The notes under the pieces are model-generated. The model had not been told where the DNA came from. It saw only the letters and a program-made list of their open reading frames with translations, and did no database searches. Source: Geobacter metallireducens GS-15 (GTDB lineage: Bacteria; Desulfobacterota; Desulfuromonadia; Geobacterales; Geobacteraceae). From it: a stretch of 32,000 nt of DNA. Numbering within the stretch: the first letter of the stretch is position 1; each line of letters begins with the position of its first letter. Positions 1-8,718 of this stretch are shown in pieces. Where the stretch lies: contig NC_007517.1 in assembly GCF_000012925.1 (NCBI RefSeq), forward strand, positions 540,001 through 572,000. The letters run 5' to 3'. A program made the position numbers and the translations under genes.

Positions 1-2
1 AC

Positions 3-206
3 AAGCTCACCGAGCAGCAGCACTCCCACCACAATGAGATCGTCTCGGCCCTCCACGTCCATCTGGATGCCCACAACTGTCTTGAGGTCCTCGTGGTGCG
101 AGGCAAGGCCCGGGAGGTGAAGAAGATCGCCGACGAGCTGATTGGCGTGAAGGGGGTCAAACACGGCAAGCTCGTCATGACCACCACGGGGGAGGAACTG
201 CACTGA
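3..206 (+). CDS. nikR: NikR-type nickel-responsive regulator, C-terminal metal-binding domain (5' end outside window)
   Basis: Frame 3 reads [67 protein letters not shown], stop TGA 204-206. The His-rich stretch, the conserved Cys in CLEVLVV.G and the GV.HG.L tail match the NikR C-terminal domain as I remember it. It is absent from the ORF track because it is truncated. Confidence 0.65.
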   Translation, partial: KLTEQQHSHHNEIVSALHVHLDAHNCLEVLVVRGKAREVKKIADELIGVKGVKHGKLVMTTTGEELH

Positions 207-245
207 AAGGCCGGGACCGGGGTCCGGGAAAAGCGGTCAGGGGCG

Positions 246-274
246 TTGAAAAATAGGGCGCGTTGTGCTCTAAT
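246..274 (+). promoter_or_regulatory. sigma70-like promoter TTGAAA-N17-TCTAAT upstream of folK
   Basis: TTGAAA at 246-251, a 17-nt spacer, then TCTAAT at 269-274. Each hexamer matches consensus at 5 of 6 positions. The predicted start site falls at about 281. Confidence 0.35.
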
Positions 275-280
275 CTACCG

Positions 281-769
281 GTGAAATCGAACGTTTTCAT
301 AGCCCTCGGCTCGAACCAGGGGGATCGGGAACTGAACCTGCTACGGGCCGTGGCCGAGATCGGCAGGCTGGAGCAGACCCGCATCACGGCCCTTTCCGGC
401 TTCTACGACACCGACCCCGTCGGGCCGGTGGACCAGCCCAACTTCCTCAACGCTGCCCTCAGGCTCGAAACGGCCCTCTCGCCCCGCCAGTTGCTCGCGG
501 AACTCCAGCGGATCGAAACCGACGTGTTCCGGAGGGTGCGGGACGTCCCGTGGGGACCGCGCTCCATGGACCTGGACATCCTCCTCTACGGCGATCTCAT
601 CCTTGACGAAGAGGGGCTCGTCATCCCCCATCCCCGGCTCCACGAGCGGCGCTTCGTGCTGGTTCCCCTGGCGGAGATCGCCCCTGACGTTCATCATCCC
701 CTGCTTGGGAAGCGGGTGGATGAACTGCTCCGCTCGCTCCCTCCCGGCGAGCGGGTGACCAGGATTTAG
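281..769 (+). CDS. folK: 2-amino-4-hydroxy-6-hydroxymethyldihydropteridine pyrophosphokinase (HPPK)
   Basis: ORF 263..769. VFIALGSNQGD at the N-terminus, FLNAA, WGPRSMDLDILLYG and HPRLHERRFVLVPLAEI are classic HPPK motifs. Start is GTG 281 (MKSNVFIALGSN) or TTG 263; there is no in-frame ATG upstream of the conserved core. Confidence 0.85.
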   Translation: MKSNVFIALGSNQGDRELNLLRAVAEIGRLEQTRITALSGFYDTDPVGPVDQPNFLNAALRLETALSPRQLLAELQRIETDVFRRVRDVPWGPRSMDLDILLYGDLILDEEGLVIPHPRLHERRFVLVPLAEIAPDVHHPLLGKRVDELLRSLPPGERVTRI

Positions 770-778
770 GAGTTTGCC

Positions 779-1067
779 GATGCGGCTGATTATCATGCTC
801 ATCCTGTTTTATGTGGGCTTCAGGATCGTGCAGGGTTTTTTGAAAAAGAAGCAGGAAGAGAAGCCGACGATACCTGCCCCGGAGAAGGAGGAGACCTTCC
901 AGGACCCGGTCTGCGGCGTCTACGTCACCGAGGACGACGCCGTCATCGGCCGCCACGAGGGGAAACGGATCCATTTCTGCTCCATGGCCTGCCTGGAGAA
1001 GTACCAGGCCGGCCTTGAGCATGCAGGCACCACCCATAACCAATCAAACCCGGAGGAACGAAAATGA
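779..1067 (+). CDS. small membrane-anchored TRASH/YHS-type metal-binding domain protein
   Basis: AGGAG at 768-772 lies 6 nt before ATG 779. There is an N-terminal hydrophobic helix ([20 protein letters not shown]). The C-terminal spacing C-X21-C-X3-C (PVCG...HFCSMAC) fits the TRASH pattern C-X19-22-C-X3-C. The stop overlaps the next gene's start (ATGA at 1064-1067). Confidence 0.7.
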
Positions 1068-1708
1068 AGTTTTTCATCGACACCGCAGACGTGAACGAAA
1101 TCCGCGAGGCCCACGAGCTGGGGCTCGTGGACGGCGTCACCACCAACCCTTCGCTCATCGCCAAATCGGGACGCAAGTTCGAGGAGGTCATCAAGGAGAT
1201 CACCGGCATCGTTGACGGCCCCATCTCCGCCGAGGTGGTCTCCCTGGACCACGACGGCATGATCCGCGAGGCCGAGGAGCTGGCCGCGATCCACAAGAAC
1301 ATCGTCATCAAGCTCCCCATGACCCCGGAAGGGCTCAAGGCCTGCACCACCCTCACGAAGAAGGGGATCAAGACCAACGTGACCCTCATCTTCACCGCCA
1401 TGCAGGCCCTTCTGGCCGCCAAGGCGGGCGCCACCTACGTCTCCCCCTTCGTGGGGCGCCTCGACGACATCTCCCAGGACGGCATGGGGATCATCGACGA
1501 CATCAAGACCATCTTCGACAACTACGGCTACACCGCCGAGATCATCGTGGCCAGCGTCCGGAACCCCATCCACGTCCTGAACGCTGCCCTCATCGGCGCC
1601 GACATCGCCACCATCCCCTACTCGGTCATGCTCCAACTGGCCAAGCACCCCCTCACCGACGCCGGCATCGAGCGGTTCCTGAAGGACTGGGAGAAGGTGC
1701 CGAAGTAA
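1064..1708 (+). CDS. tal: transaldolase / fructose-6-phosphate aldolase family (short, type 3B)
   Basis: 214 aa. [15 protein letters not shown], the Schiff-base Lys context IVIKLP, and [10 protein letters not shown] are hallmark motifs of the Fsa/TalC family. Confidence 0.9.
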   Translation: MKFFIDTADVNEIREAHELGLVDGVTTNPSLIAKSGRKFEEVIKEITGIVDGPISAEVVSLDHDGMIREAEELAAIHKNIVIKLPMTPEGLKACTTLTKKGIKTNVTLIFTAMQALLAAKAGATYVSPFVGRLDDISQDGMGIIDDIKTIFDNYGYTAEIIVASVRNPIHVLNAALIGADIATIPYSVMLQLAKHPLTDAGIERFLKDWEKVPK

Positions 1709-1734
1709 GGTTTTCCCTGTATTATTGAAAAAAA

Positions 1735-1765
1735 CCCCGACGGTGGATGCTGTCGGGGTTTTTTT
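1735..1765. terminator. bidirectional rho-independent terminator between convergent tal and GNAT genes
   Basis: CCCCGAC (1735-1741) pairs with GTCGGGG (1752-1758). The stem is followed by T7 (1759-1765) and preceded by an A-run (about 1728-1734). Confidence 0.8.
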
Positions 1766-1791
1766 CATGCTGTGAAAACCGTTCGTAGGCT

Positions 1792-2397
1792 TCAGAGGTG
1801 CTCTAGTTCTTTTACCCAGAACACCATCGTATTGTCGGTTACCTCCCCCTCAAGGTTGGGCCAGGGGAGTGTCACGCTCAGTTCCGGATGCCGGATGAAC
1901 CCGGCCTTGATCAGGTAGCCGTCGATGGGATGGTAGTCGCCCGGTCGCAGGGGGTGGTCTTCGGGCCGCTCGATGGTGGCACAGGCCAGGTGACGATACC
2001 TCCCCAATGAGCGGATATGTTCCTCGAACTCCTTCAGAAGCCGTGAGCCAAGCCCCTGCCCTCGGTAGCCCGGCAGGAAAAGCACTTCGCCAAGGTAGTA
2101 GATGGTGTCCAGGGAGAAGGGGCTGCCGGCGAATGGTGCCGTGAAGGTCGCCGGTTCCCCGTGTAATGGCACGCCGGTGCCGGCGCCGATGATGGCGTCA
2201 CCGTCCCGGACCACGAACACGCAGGCATCCGGCGTGTCGGCGTAGGCCCGCAGATACTTCGTCTCGATTTCCCGGGAGCCCTTGTAGAGGTAGGGATACT
2301 CCTCGAATATCGTGATCCGGAGCCGGGCGATTTCCGAAAGGTGCGGTATGACAGCCGGTCCGGTGCATAGTTCCAGTTTGTATTTCCCCCAGTCCAT
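1792..2397 (-). CDS. GNAT family N-acetyltransferase
   Basis: 201 aa. The acetyl-CoA binding core LFLPGYRGQGLGSRLL (R/Q-x-x-G-x-G/A) is present. A GGAGGG SD lies just upstream inside the preceding gene, with a 3-nt gap to it. Confidence 0.8.
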   Translation of the reverse strand: MDWGKYKLELCTGPAVIPHLSEIARLRITIFEEYPYLYKGSREIETKYLRAYADTPDACVFVVRDGDAIIGAGTGVPLHGEPATFTAPFAGSPFSLDTIYYLGEVLFLPGYRGQGLGSRLLKEFEEHIRSLGRYRHLACATIERPEDHPLRPGDYHPIDGYLIKAGFIRHPELSVTLPWPNLEGEVTDNTMVFWVKELEHL

Positions 2398-2400
2398 TCG

Positions 2401-2952
2401 CTATCCCTCCCCGCCATTCCTGAACTGCTGCCTCGTCACCGTCCCCCAGTAGGGGTCGCTGTAGACGTCGTCCCGGTACGCGCCCCCCGTGTAGCTGCCG
2501 ATGGCCCGGCGCCAGAACGCCTTGGCATTGTCGGCGCCGGCGATCTGGTTCACTTCCCAGGTCCCCCGGAACTGGTGCTCGGCCTCCACCCTCTGCGTTC
2601 CGATGCGACCCTCGTTCTTGTGGGCATCTAGGCTGTTGACGAAATCGTAGTAGTAGTTGATGGGGTGATTCATGCGGATATCGAAGAGGCTGACCGTCGC
2701 ATGGCTGCGGGCGTCGAACCGGTGGTTTGCCTCCAGTTCCAGCACGTCGGCCGTTGCGGTCTTAAGTTTGTTGCCGGTCTTCAGGACTGCCGACGTCTGC
2801 TCGATGGTCGGTGCCCGGAAGGCTCGGTTGTAGATGGCCTTGAGCTTTTCCTCGGTCACTTCCTCGCCATGGGCGCTGGGACCCGCGGCCAGGGACAGGG
2901 CGCAGAGGAGGAGACACGAGCAGGGTATGCGGAAAAAGTGAGGGAAAACCAT
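2401..2952 (-). CDS. secreted protein of unknown function
   Basis: 183 aa. Signal-peptide-like N-terminus (CSCLLLCALSLAAGPSAHG-EE). No domain I recognise. Codon usage and tight operon packing support it as real. Confidence 0.65.
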   Translation of the reverse strand: MVFPHFFRIPCSCLLLCALSLAAGPSAHGEEVTEEKLKAIYNRAFRAPTIEQTSAVLKTGNKLKTATADVLELEANHRFDARSHATVSLFDIRMNHPINYYYDFVNSLDAHKNEGRIGTQRVEAEHQFRGTWEVNQIAGADNAKAFWRRAIGSYTGGAYRDDVYSDPYWGTVTRQQFRNGGEG

Positions 2953-2970
2953 GGATGCCGGTGAATTGCT

Positions 2971-4071
2971 TCAGACCACGAGGGTCTTGGGGAATGCGAC
3001 GTGAAAGGTTGTCCCTGTTCCTTCCAGGGATTCGAACCAGATGCGGCCCCGGTAGCGCTTGAGGAGCGCCCTCGCCAGGGGCATGCCGACGCCGTCGCCG
3101 GGGATGTCCAGGTCGGTGGCGCGCCTGAAGAACATGAACACCTTGTGCCTGTTGTATTCGGCAATGCCGATGCCGTTGTCGCGTATCGAGAAGATCACTT
3201 CCCGGTCATTTTCACCGGCTTTGATCGTTATGGCCCCGGGACGGGAGGGGTCGAGATACTTGACGGCATTGTCGAGGATGTTGCTGAATATCCGCTCGGT
3301 CACGGTGGGATCGATCATCAGGGAGGGAAACACCGCTTCCATGGAGATCTGGCAGTCCTTCTGCCCGATCCGGTGGCGCATGGAGGTGAGGACGCTCCGG
3401 AAGAGGCCGGCCATATCCACGCGCTGGTCGTTCAACGGTATCCCTTCCAGCTTGGAGAAGACAACCAGCAGATTGACCAGGCGTTCGACCCGCTTCGCGC
3501 TTGATTCCACAAAGCCGATGGCTTCGAGCATTTCCTCGCGATACTGGGTGAACAGCGCCTCGGATTCCGGGGAGAGATCCGGCGCCTTGCCGATCTGCCT
3601 CATGAAATTTTCTGTAAGGCCCCGCAGTTCGCCGGTGAAGCCCTTGATGCTCACCACGGGCGAGCGGAGATCGTGGGAGACGCTGGAGACGAACGTCTGC
3701 AGTTCCCGTTCGGAGACCTCCAGGCGGGATTCTGTGGCGGCAAGGGTCTGCGCCACCTCCGGTATCTCCCTGCATTCGATAAGTTTCACGATGTAGCGGT
3801 AGGGGGCGAGGTTCTGGCCGAGCATGGGGGAAACGACGGCAAGCAGGGACAGTCGCGCTCCGGAAGCCTTTCTCAGCTCCACCCCGCTGAGGGTCTCCAT
3901 GCTGGCAATGCCGGGGGCTCCGTCTGCGCAAAGGACGACTTCATGGAACAAGCGGCCGGTGACCGCTTCCGCTCGGTAGCCGGAAAGGAGGGTGAACGCA
4001 TCGTTTGCCTCGATGATCTTTCCGTCGGCCGCCACCACAAGGGTGGGATGTGTGCTCCCGCTGCCGGACAT
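2971..4071 (-). CDS. soluble PAS-domain sensor histidine kinase
   Basis: 366 aa. N-terminal PAS-like segment (GKIIEANDAFTLLSGY), H-box SHDLRSP, N-box ILDNAVKY, G-boxes DNGIGI and GDGVGM. No TM helices. Confidence 0.85.
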   Translation of the reverse strand: MSGSGSTHPTLVVAADGKIIEANDAFTLLSGYRAEAVTGRLFHEVVLCADGAPGIASMETLSGVELRKASGARLSLLAVVSPMLGQNLAPYRYIVKLIECREIPEVAQTLAATESRLEVSERELQTFVSSVSHDLRSPVVSIKGFTGELRGLTENFMRQIGKAPDLSPESEALFTQYREEMLEAIGFVESSAKRVERLVNLLVVFSKLEGIPLNDQRVDMAGLFRSVLTSMRHRIGQKDCQISMEAVFPSLMIDPTVTERIFSNILDNAVKYLDPSRPGAITIKAGENDREVIFSIRDNGIGIAEYNRHKVFMFFRRATDLDIPGDGVGMPLARALLKRYRGRIWFESLEGTGTTFHVAFPKTLVV

Positions 4072-4074
4072 CCC

Positions 4075-4500
4075 CTAGGGAAGCCTCATCATCGTGAGGG
4101 TTGCGGCGAGGAAGTCGATCGTCACTTGAAAGGCCGTGTAGTCCATGGGCTTGACCAGATAGAGGTTGGCCCCCTCGTGGTAGCAGCGGCGTATCTCGTC
4201 CGGATGGTCCGTCGTGGTGAAGACGATGACCGGGACCGCGGCTGTGGCTTCGTTTCCCTTGAGGCGTTTCAGGACCTCGAAGCCGTCGATGCCGGGCATG
4301 TTGATATCGAGGACCACGAGATGCTGCCTGAGATCCTCCGCGGTCTTCCCCTCGAAATACTCAAGGGCTCTGCGCCCCGTGTCGAAGGGGAGAATTTCCA
4401 CATCGGCGCTTTTCATCAGGTTCTTGGTGATGAGCCTCGTATGCCCCGGTTCATCTTCGATCAGGATGAGCCTCGTCTTGATGGCGCCCTGCTGTGTCAC
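4075..4500 (-). CDS. single-domain (CheY-like) response regulator
   Basis: 141 aa. LILIEDEP, phospho-acceptor context VVLDINMPGIDG, and VKP with the conserved Lys. No output domain. Confidence 0.9.
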   Translation of the reverse strand: MTQQGAIKTRLILIEDEPGHTRLITKNLMKSADVEILPFDTGRRALEYFEGKTAEDLRQHLVVLDINMPGIDGFEVLKRLKGNEATAAVPVIVFTTTDHPDEIRRCYHEGANLYLVKPMDYTAFQVTIDFLAATLTMMRLP

Positions 4501-4505
4501 GGCGG

Positions 4506-5129
4506 TTATCTCTCCCTTGCTGCGTCAGTGCTCAGGCTTTTCCGCCGGTGTCGCCGCACGTAGACCACCACCAGCACGACGCAGAAGATGATGACCCCGA
4601 TCAGCGCCTGGTGGGAGTACTTCATGATGAGCTCCCGATTTTCGCCGATGACGTAGCCGATCCAGGTGAGGATCGTCACCCAGAAGAATGCCCCTGCAAC
4701 GGTGTAGAAGGCGAATTTCCCGTGATGCATTCCGGCAAGCCCTGCCGGGAGCGAGATCAGGTGCCGGATCACCGGGAGGAGGCGGCCGATGAAGGTTGAA
4801 ATCTCGCCGTGCTTGTGGAAGAATGTTTCAACTTTTGCGAACTTCTCTTCGGTGATCCAGACATACTTTCCGTATTTCAGAAGCAGGGGACGCCCCAGCC
4901 AGTGGGCGGCAAAGTAGTTGACGTAGGCACCCACGAGGCTCCCCACCGTCCCCAGGAGGATGGCTACCCAGATGTTCATCTCCCCCTGCTGGGCCAGGTA
5001 TCCGGCAGGCGGCATCACCAGTTCGCTCGGTATGGGGATGACGGAGCTTTCCATGGCCATGAGGATGAAGATGCCGGGGTAGCCCATGGTGCCGATGGTG
5101 GCCAGGAGCCAGTCGATGATCTGTTGCAT
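4506..5129 (-). CDS. dedA: DedA family (SNARE-associated/VTT domain) inner-membrane protein
   Basis: 207 aa. The motifs E-S-S-x-I-P-I-P-S-E and F-I-G-R-L-L-P-V-I-R are typical DedA signatures. Multiple TM helices. Confidence 0.85.
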   Translation of the reverse strand: MQQIIDWLLATIGTMGYPGIFILMAMESSVIPIPSELVMPPAGYLAQQGEMNIWVAILLGTVGSLVGAYVNYFAAHWLGRPLLLKYGKYVWITEEKFAKVETFFHKHGEISTFIGRLLPVIRHLISLPAGLAGMHHGKFAFYTVAGAFFWVTILTWIGYVIGENRELIMKYSHQALIGVIIFCVVLVVVYVRRHRRKSLSTDAARER

Positions 5130-5215
5130 GGGAAAATGTCCTTCCGTGGGGTTAGGTGAAGCACATTTTTATAGCACAGTTCGGGCCATTGAGGCCAGAA
5201 AAAGCAGGAGAATCA

Positions 5216-6862
5216 ATGGATAAGCAGATTTACGTGGTTGGACACCGGAACCCCGACACCGACTCCGTCGCCTCGGCCCTGGCCTACGCGGCCCTCAAGA
5301 ACCGTCAGGGACAGATGAACGTGACCGCCGCCATGGCCGGCGAGCCGAACCCCCAGACCCGCTACATTCTGGAACGGCTCGGGATCGAGGCGCCGATCTA
5401 CCTGGCCGACGTCCATCCCAAGGTCTGCCACGTCATCAACCGCCAGCCGGTGACGACCGTCAGCAGTACCCCCCTGCGGGATGCTCTGGGGATCTTTCAC
5501 AAGCACGGCATCAGGGTATTGCCGGTGGTTGACGAGGGCGGCGCGCCCATGGGGCTCGTGTCGCTCCTCAAACTCTCCGAGAAGTACCTGGTGGCCGGCA
5601 CCGACCGAAAGCGGGGGGTCGACGCCTCGCTCCGCACCCTGGCCTCCTGCCTGGACGGCACCTTCCTTACCGGTGCCCCGACCGACGAGGTGGAACACCT
5701 CCATCTCTTCATCGGCGCCATGCTGGAGGAGTCGTTTTCGAGCCACATCGAGGGGTATGACCCCGCATCGCTCCTGATCATGACCGGCGACCGCCGCAGC
5801 ATCCAGCAGGCGGCCATCGAACGGGGGGTGCGGCTCCTGGTGGTAACCGGCGGCTTCCCCTTGGCCGATGGGCTGCGGGAGCGGGCACAGGAGCAGGGGG
5901 TGACGGTCATCTCTTCACCTCACGATACCGCCACCGCCGCCGGCCTGGCCCGCCTCTCCACCCCTCTCTTCCACTTTGTGGAGGCGAAGTTCGAGAAGAT
6001 TGGAGTGGCCGAGCCCCTGGAGCACCTGCGCCTCAAGCTTCTCCACTCGGGGGAGCCGGCGGTGATCGCCGTGGAGGAGGATGGCACCATCGCCGGCGTC
6101 GCCACCAAGTCGTCGCTCCTGGCGCAGATTCCCTACTCCCTCATCCTCGTGGATCACAACGAGCTGGCCCAGTCGGTCCCCGGGGCCGAAGTGGTGGAGA
6201 TTCTGGAGGTGATCGACCATCACAAGCTGGGGAACCCCCCCACGAATCAGCCGATTACCTTCATGGCGGCACCGGTGGGGAGCACCTGCACCGTGGTGGC
6301 CTCCCTCTACCGGGAGCGGGGGATCGAGCCCGACCAGAAGGTGGCGGCGCTCCTTCTGGCCGGGGTCCTGTCCGACACGGTCATCCTCAAGTCCCCCACA
6401 ACCACCAGCCGGGACCAGGAAATCGTCCGGTGGCTCGAAGAGCGGGCCGGCCTCGATCACGTGGTCTTTGGCAAGGACATCTTCTCCGCCTGCGGCGGCT
6501 TCTCGGCCCACGGCACCCCGGAGAAGGCGATCCGGGCCGATTTCAAGCACTTCACCGCCGGAGACACCCTCTTTGGCGTGGGGCAGGTGGAGGTGGTGGG
6601 GTTCGACGAGTTCTTCGACCTGAAGGAGACCCTCCGGGAGACCCTGAGGAAGGTGAAGGAGGCGGACCGGCTCCACCTGGCCGGCCTCATGGTGACCGAC
6701 ATCTACAGCGAGACGACGCTTTTCCTGGCCGAAGGGAAGAACGAGCTGGCCCACATCATGGGGTATCCCCAGGTGGAACCCCACCTCTACGAGTTGAAGG
6801 GGGTCATGTCCCGCAAGAAGCAGATGGTGCCGCATCTCTTGAAAGTACTGAGGAAACTCTAG
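5216..6862 (+). CDS. ppaC: CBS/DRTGG-domain family II inorganic pyrophosphatase (DHH-CBS-DRTGG-CBS-DHHA2)
   Basis: AGGAG at 5206-5210 precedes ATG 5216. Motifs are VVGHRNPDTDS (DHH motif I), LVDHNE, VIDHHKLG and DHHA2-type GVGQVE. The roughly 250-aa insert resembles CBS pairs flanking a DRTGG domain. The track ORF start at 5156 lacks an SD. Confidence 0.85.
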   Translation: MDKQIYVVGHRNPDTDSVASALAYAALKNRQGQMNVTAAMAGEPNPQTRYILERLGIEAPIYLADVHPKVCHVINRQPVTTVSSTPLRDALGIFHKHGIRVLPVVDEGGAPMGLVSLLKLSEKYLVAGTDRKRGVDASLRTLASCLDGTFLTGAPTDEVEHLHLFIGAMLEESFSSHIEGYDPASLLIMTGDRRSIQQAAIERGVRLLVVTGGFPLADGLRERAQEQGVTVISSPHDTATAAGLARLSTPLFHFVEAKFEKIGVAEPLEHLRLKLLHSGEPAVIAVEEDGTIAGVATKSSLLAQIPYSLILVDHNELAQSVPGAEVVEILEVIDHHKLGNPPTNQPITFMAAPVGSTCTVVASLYRERGIEPDQKVAALLLAGVLSDTVILKSPTTTSRDQEIVRWLEERAGLDHVVFGKDIFSACGGFSAHGTPEKAIRADFKHFTAGDTLFGVGQVEVVGFDEFFDLKETLRETLRKVKEADRLHLAGLMVTDIYSETTLFLAEGKNELAHIMGYPQVEPHLYELKGVMSRKKQMVPHLLKVLRKL

Positions 6863-6866
6863 AGCG

Positions 6867-8684
6867 ATGAATTTTCTCGAACGTTTGAACAGCGAAGTCC
6901 TCGTGGGGGACGGTGCCATCGGCACCATGCTCTATGCCAAGGGGGTCTCCCTCGACGCCAACGTGGAGCACCTGAACCTGGTGCGGCCCGAGTTGGTCCT
7001 GGAGCTCCACCGAGAGTACCTGGGCGCCGGGGCGAAGGTTATTGAAACCAACACTTTTGGCGCCAACTGGACGAAACTCTCGGCCATCGGCCTCGACAAG
7101 CGGGAGCGGGAGATCATCCTGCGGGGGGCCCGGCTGGCCCGGGAGGCCGCCGAGGGGACCGATGCCTTCGTGGCCGGCTCCATGGGGCCCCTGGCAAGGG
7201 TTAAGGGGGACGAGCGGGAGCTTTCCCCGGCCGAGACCACGGAGATCTTCCGCCGGCAGGCCCTGGCCCTGGCCGAGGGGGGTGTTGATCTTCTCATTCT
7301 TGAGACCTTCACCGACTTGGCCCAGATTCTCTGCGCCCTCTCGGCGGCCCGAGAAACGGGGCTCCCGGTCGTGGCGAACATGGCGTTTCTGGAGAACGGC
7401 CGCCTTGCCGGCGGGGCTGACGTGGAACGGGCCGCGCGGGAACTGACCGCCGCCGGGGCAAGCGTCGTGGGAGCCAACTGCGGCGCCGGCCCCCTGGAGG
7501 TCCTCGGCACCATCCGGCGCATGGCAGGCGCCACGGCCCTGCCGATAGCGGCGTACCCCAACAGCGGTTTCCCCGAGTACGTGAACGGCCGTCACGTCTA
7601 TCGCACCACCCCCGACTACTTCGCCGAGCGGGCCGCCGAGATGGTGGCTGCCGGGGCGGCCCTCGTGGGGGGGTGCTGCGGCACCACGCCGGAGCATATC
7701 CTCCGTCTGGCGGAGCGGCTGGCGGGGCTGCGCCCCGCGGTCCGGAACGTGGCGGTTCCGGCTGTCTCGGTCGAGGAACGGCGGGGCGAGAGCACGGAAG
7801 CCGAGGGATTCCTGGCCCGCTGGGGGGAGGAGCCGGTGGTCACCGTGGAACTGGACCCTCCCAAGGGCTTCGACTGCGGGAAGGTTATCGAGGGGAGCCG
7901 GGTCCTGAAGGGGGCCGGTGCCGATGCCATCAATATCGCCGAAAACCCCCTGGCCCGCATCCGGATGGGGAATATCGCCCTGGGGCATCTCATCCAGCAA
8001 GAGGTGGGGATCGAGGTCATCGTCCACGTCACCTGCCGGGACCGCAACCTCCTGGGGCTCCAGTCGGACCTCATGGGGGCGAGCCTCCTGGGCATCCGGA
8101 GCATCCTCGCCGTCACCGGGGACCCGGCCCGGATCGGGGAGCAGGCCGGGGCCTCGTCGGTCTACGACCTGAATTCTTTCACTCTCATCAAGCTCCTGGC
8201 CGACCTGAACGCAGGGGTGAACGCCCTTGGCAACCCCCTTGGCCGGGGTGCAGGGTTTGCCATCGGCTGTGTCTTCAACCCCAACAGCCAGCGGATGGAG
8301 GTCCAGGCGGAACGCCTCGCCAAGAAGGTTGCCAACGGGGCCCGCTTCGTCCAGACCCAGCCCCTCTACGACCTGGCACGTCTCGACGAGATGCTGGAAC
8401 GGACCTCCCCTCTGGGGATTCCGGTGCTGCCGGGAATCCTTCCGCTGGTCAGTGAGCGCAACTGCGAGTTCCTCCACAACGAAGTGCCGGGGATCGTGAT
8501 TCCCGAGGATATCCGGGCCCGGATGCGGGGGAAAGAGAAGGACGAGGGAGTCCGGGAAGGGCTCGCCATCGCCCGGGAGTTTATCGACGCCGTCCGGGGC
8601 CGGGTCGGCGGCTTCTATCTCATGCCCCCTTTCGGCCGTTACGAGATCGCCGTTGAACTGGTGCGGCACATCAAGGGGAAATAA
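6867..8684 (+). CDS. yitJ: bifunctional homocysteine S-methyltransferase domain / 5,10-methylenetetrahydrofolate reductase (YitJ-like)
   Basis: 605 aa. The N-terminal Hcy-binding domain has GDGAIGT, ETNTF and the zinc-ligand Cys motifs GANCG and GGCCGTTP. The C-terminal MTHFR domain has VELDPPKG, HVTCRDRN and LAVTGDP. Only 4 nt separate it from ppaC. Confidence 0.85.
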   Translation: MNFLERLNSEVLVGDGAIGTMLYAKGVSLDANVEHLNLVRPELVLELHREYLGAGAKVIETNTFGANWTKLSAIGLDKREREIILRGARLAREAAEGTDAFVAGSMGPLARVKGDERELSPAETTEIFRRQALALAEGGVDLLILETFTDLAQILCALSAARETGLPVVANMAFLENGRLAGGADVERAARELTAAGASVVGANCGAGPLEVLGTIRRMAGATALPIAAYPNSGFPEYVNGRHVYRTTPDYFAERAAEMVAAGAALVGGCCGTTPEHILRLAERLAGLRPAVRNVAVPAVSVEERRGESTEAEGFLARWGEEPVVTVELDPPKGFDCGKVIEGSRVLKGAGADAINIAENPLARIRMGNIALGHLIQQEVGIEVIVHVTCRDRNLLGLQSDLMGASLLGIRSILAVTGDPARIGEQAGASSVYDLNSFTLIKLLADLNAGVNALGNPLGRGAGFAIGCVFNPNSQRMEVQAERLAKKVANGARFVQTQPLYDLARLDEMLERTSPLGIPVLPGILPLVSERNCEFLHNEVPGIVIPEDIRARMRGKEKDEGVREGLAIAREFIDAVRGRVGGFYLMPPFGRYEIAVELVRHIKGK

Positions 8685-8718
8685 ACGGTTTCCCTTGTTG
8701 TCACCACAGGAGGTACCC

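Noticed and set aside
207-240. The hairpin CCGGGACCGGGGTCCGGG after nikR as a terminator.
   Set aside because: The pairing is imperfect (4-5 bp) and no T-tract follows.
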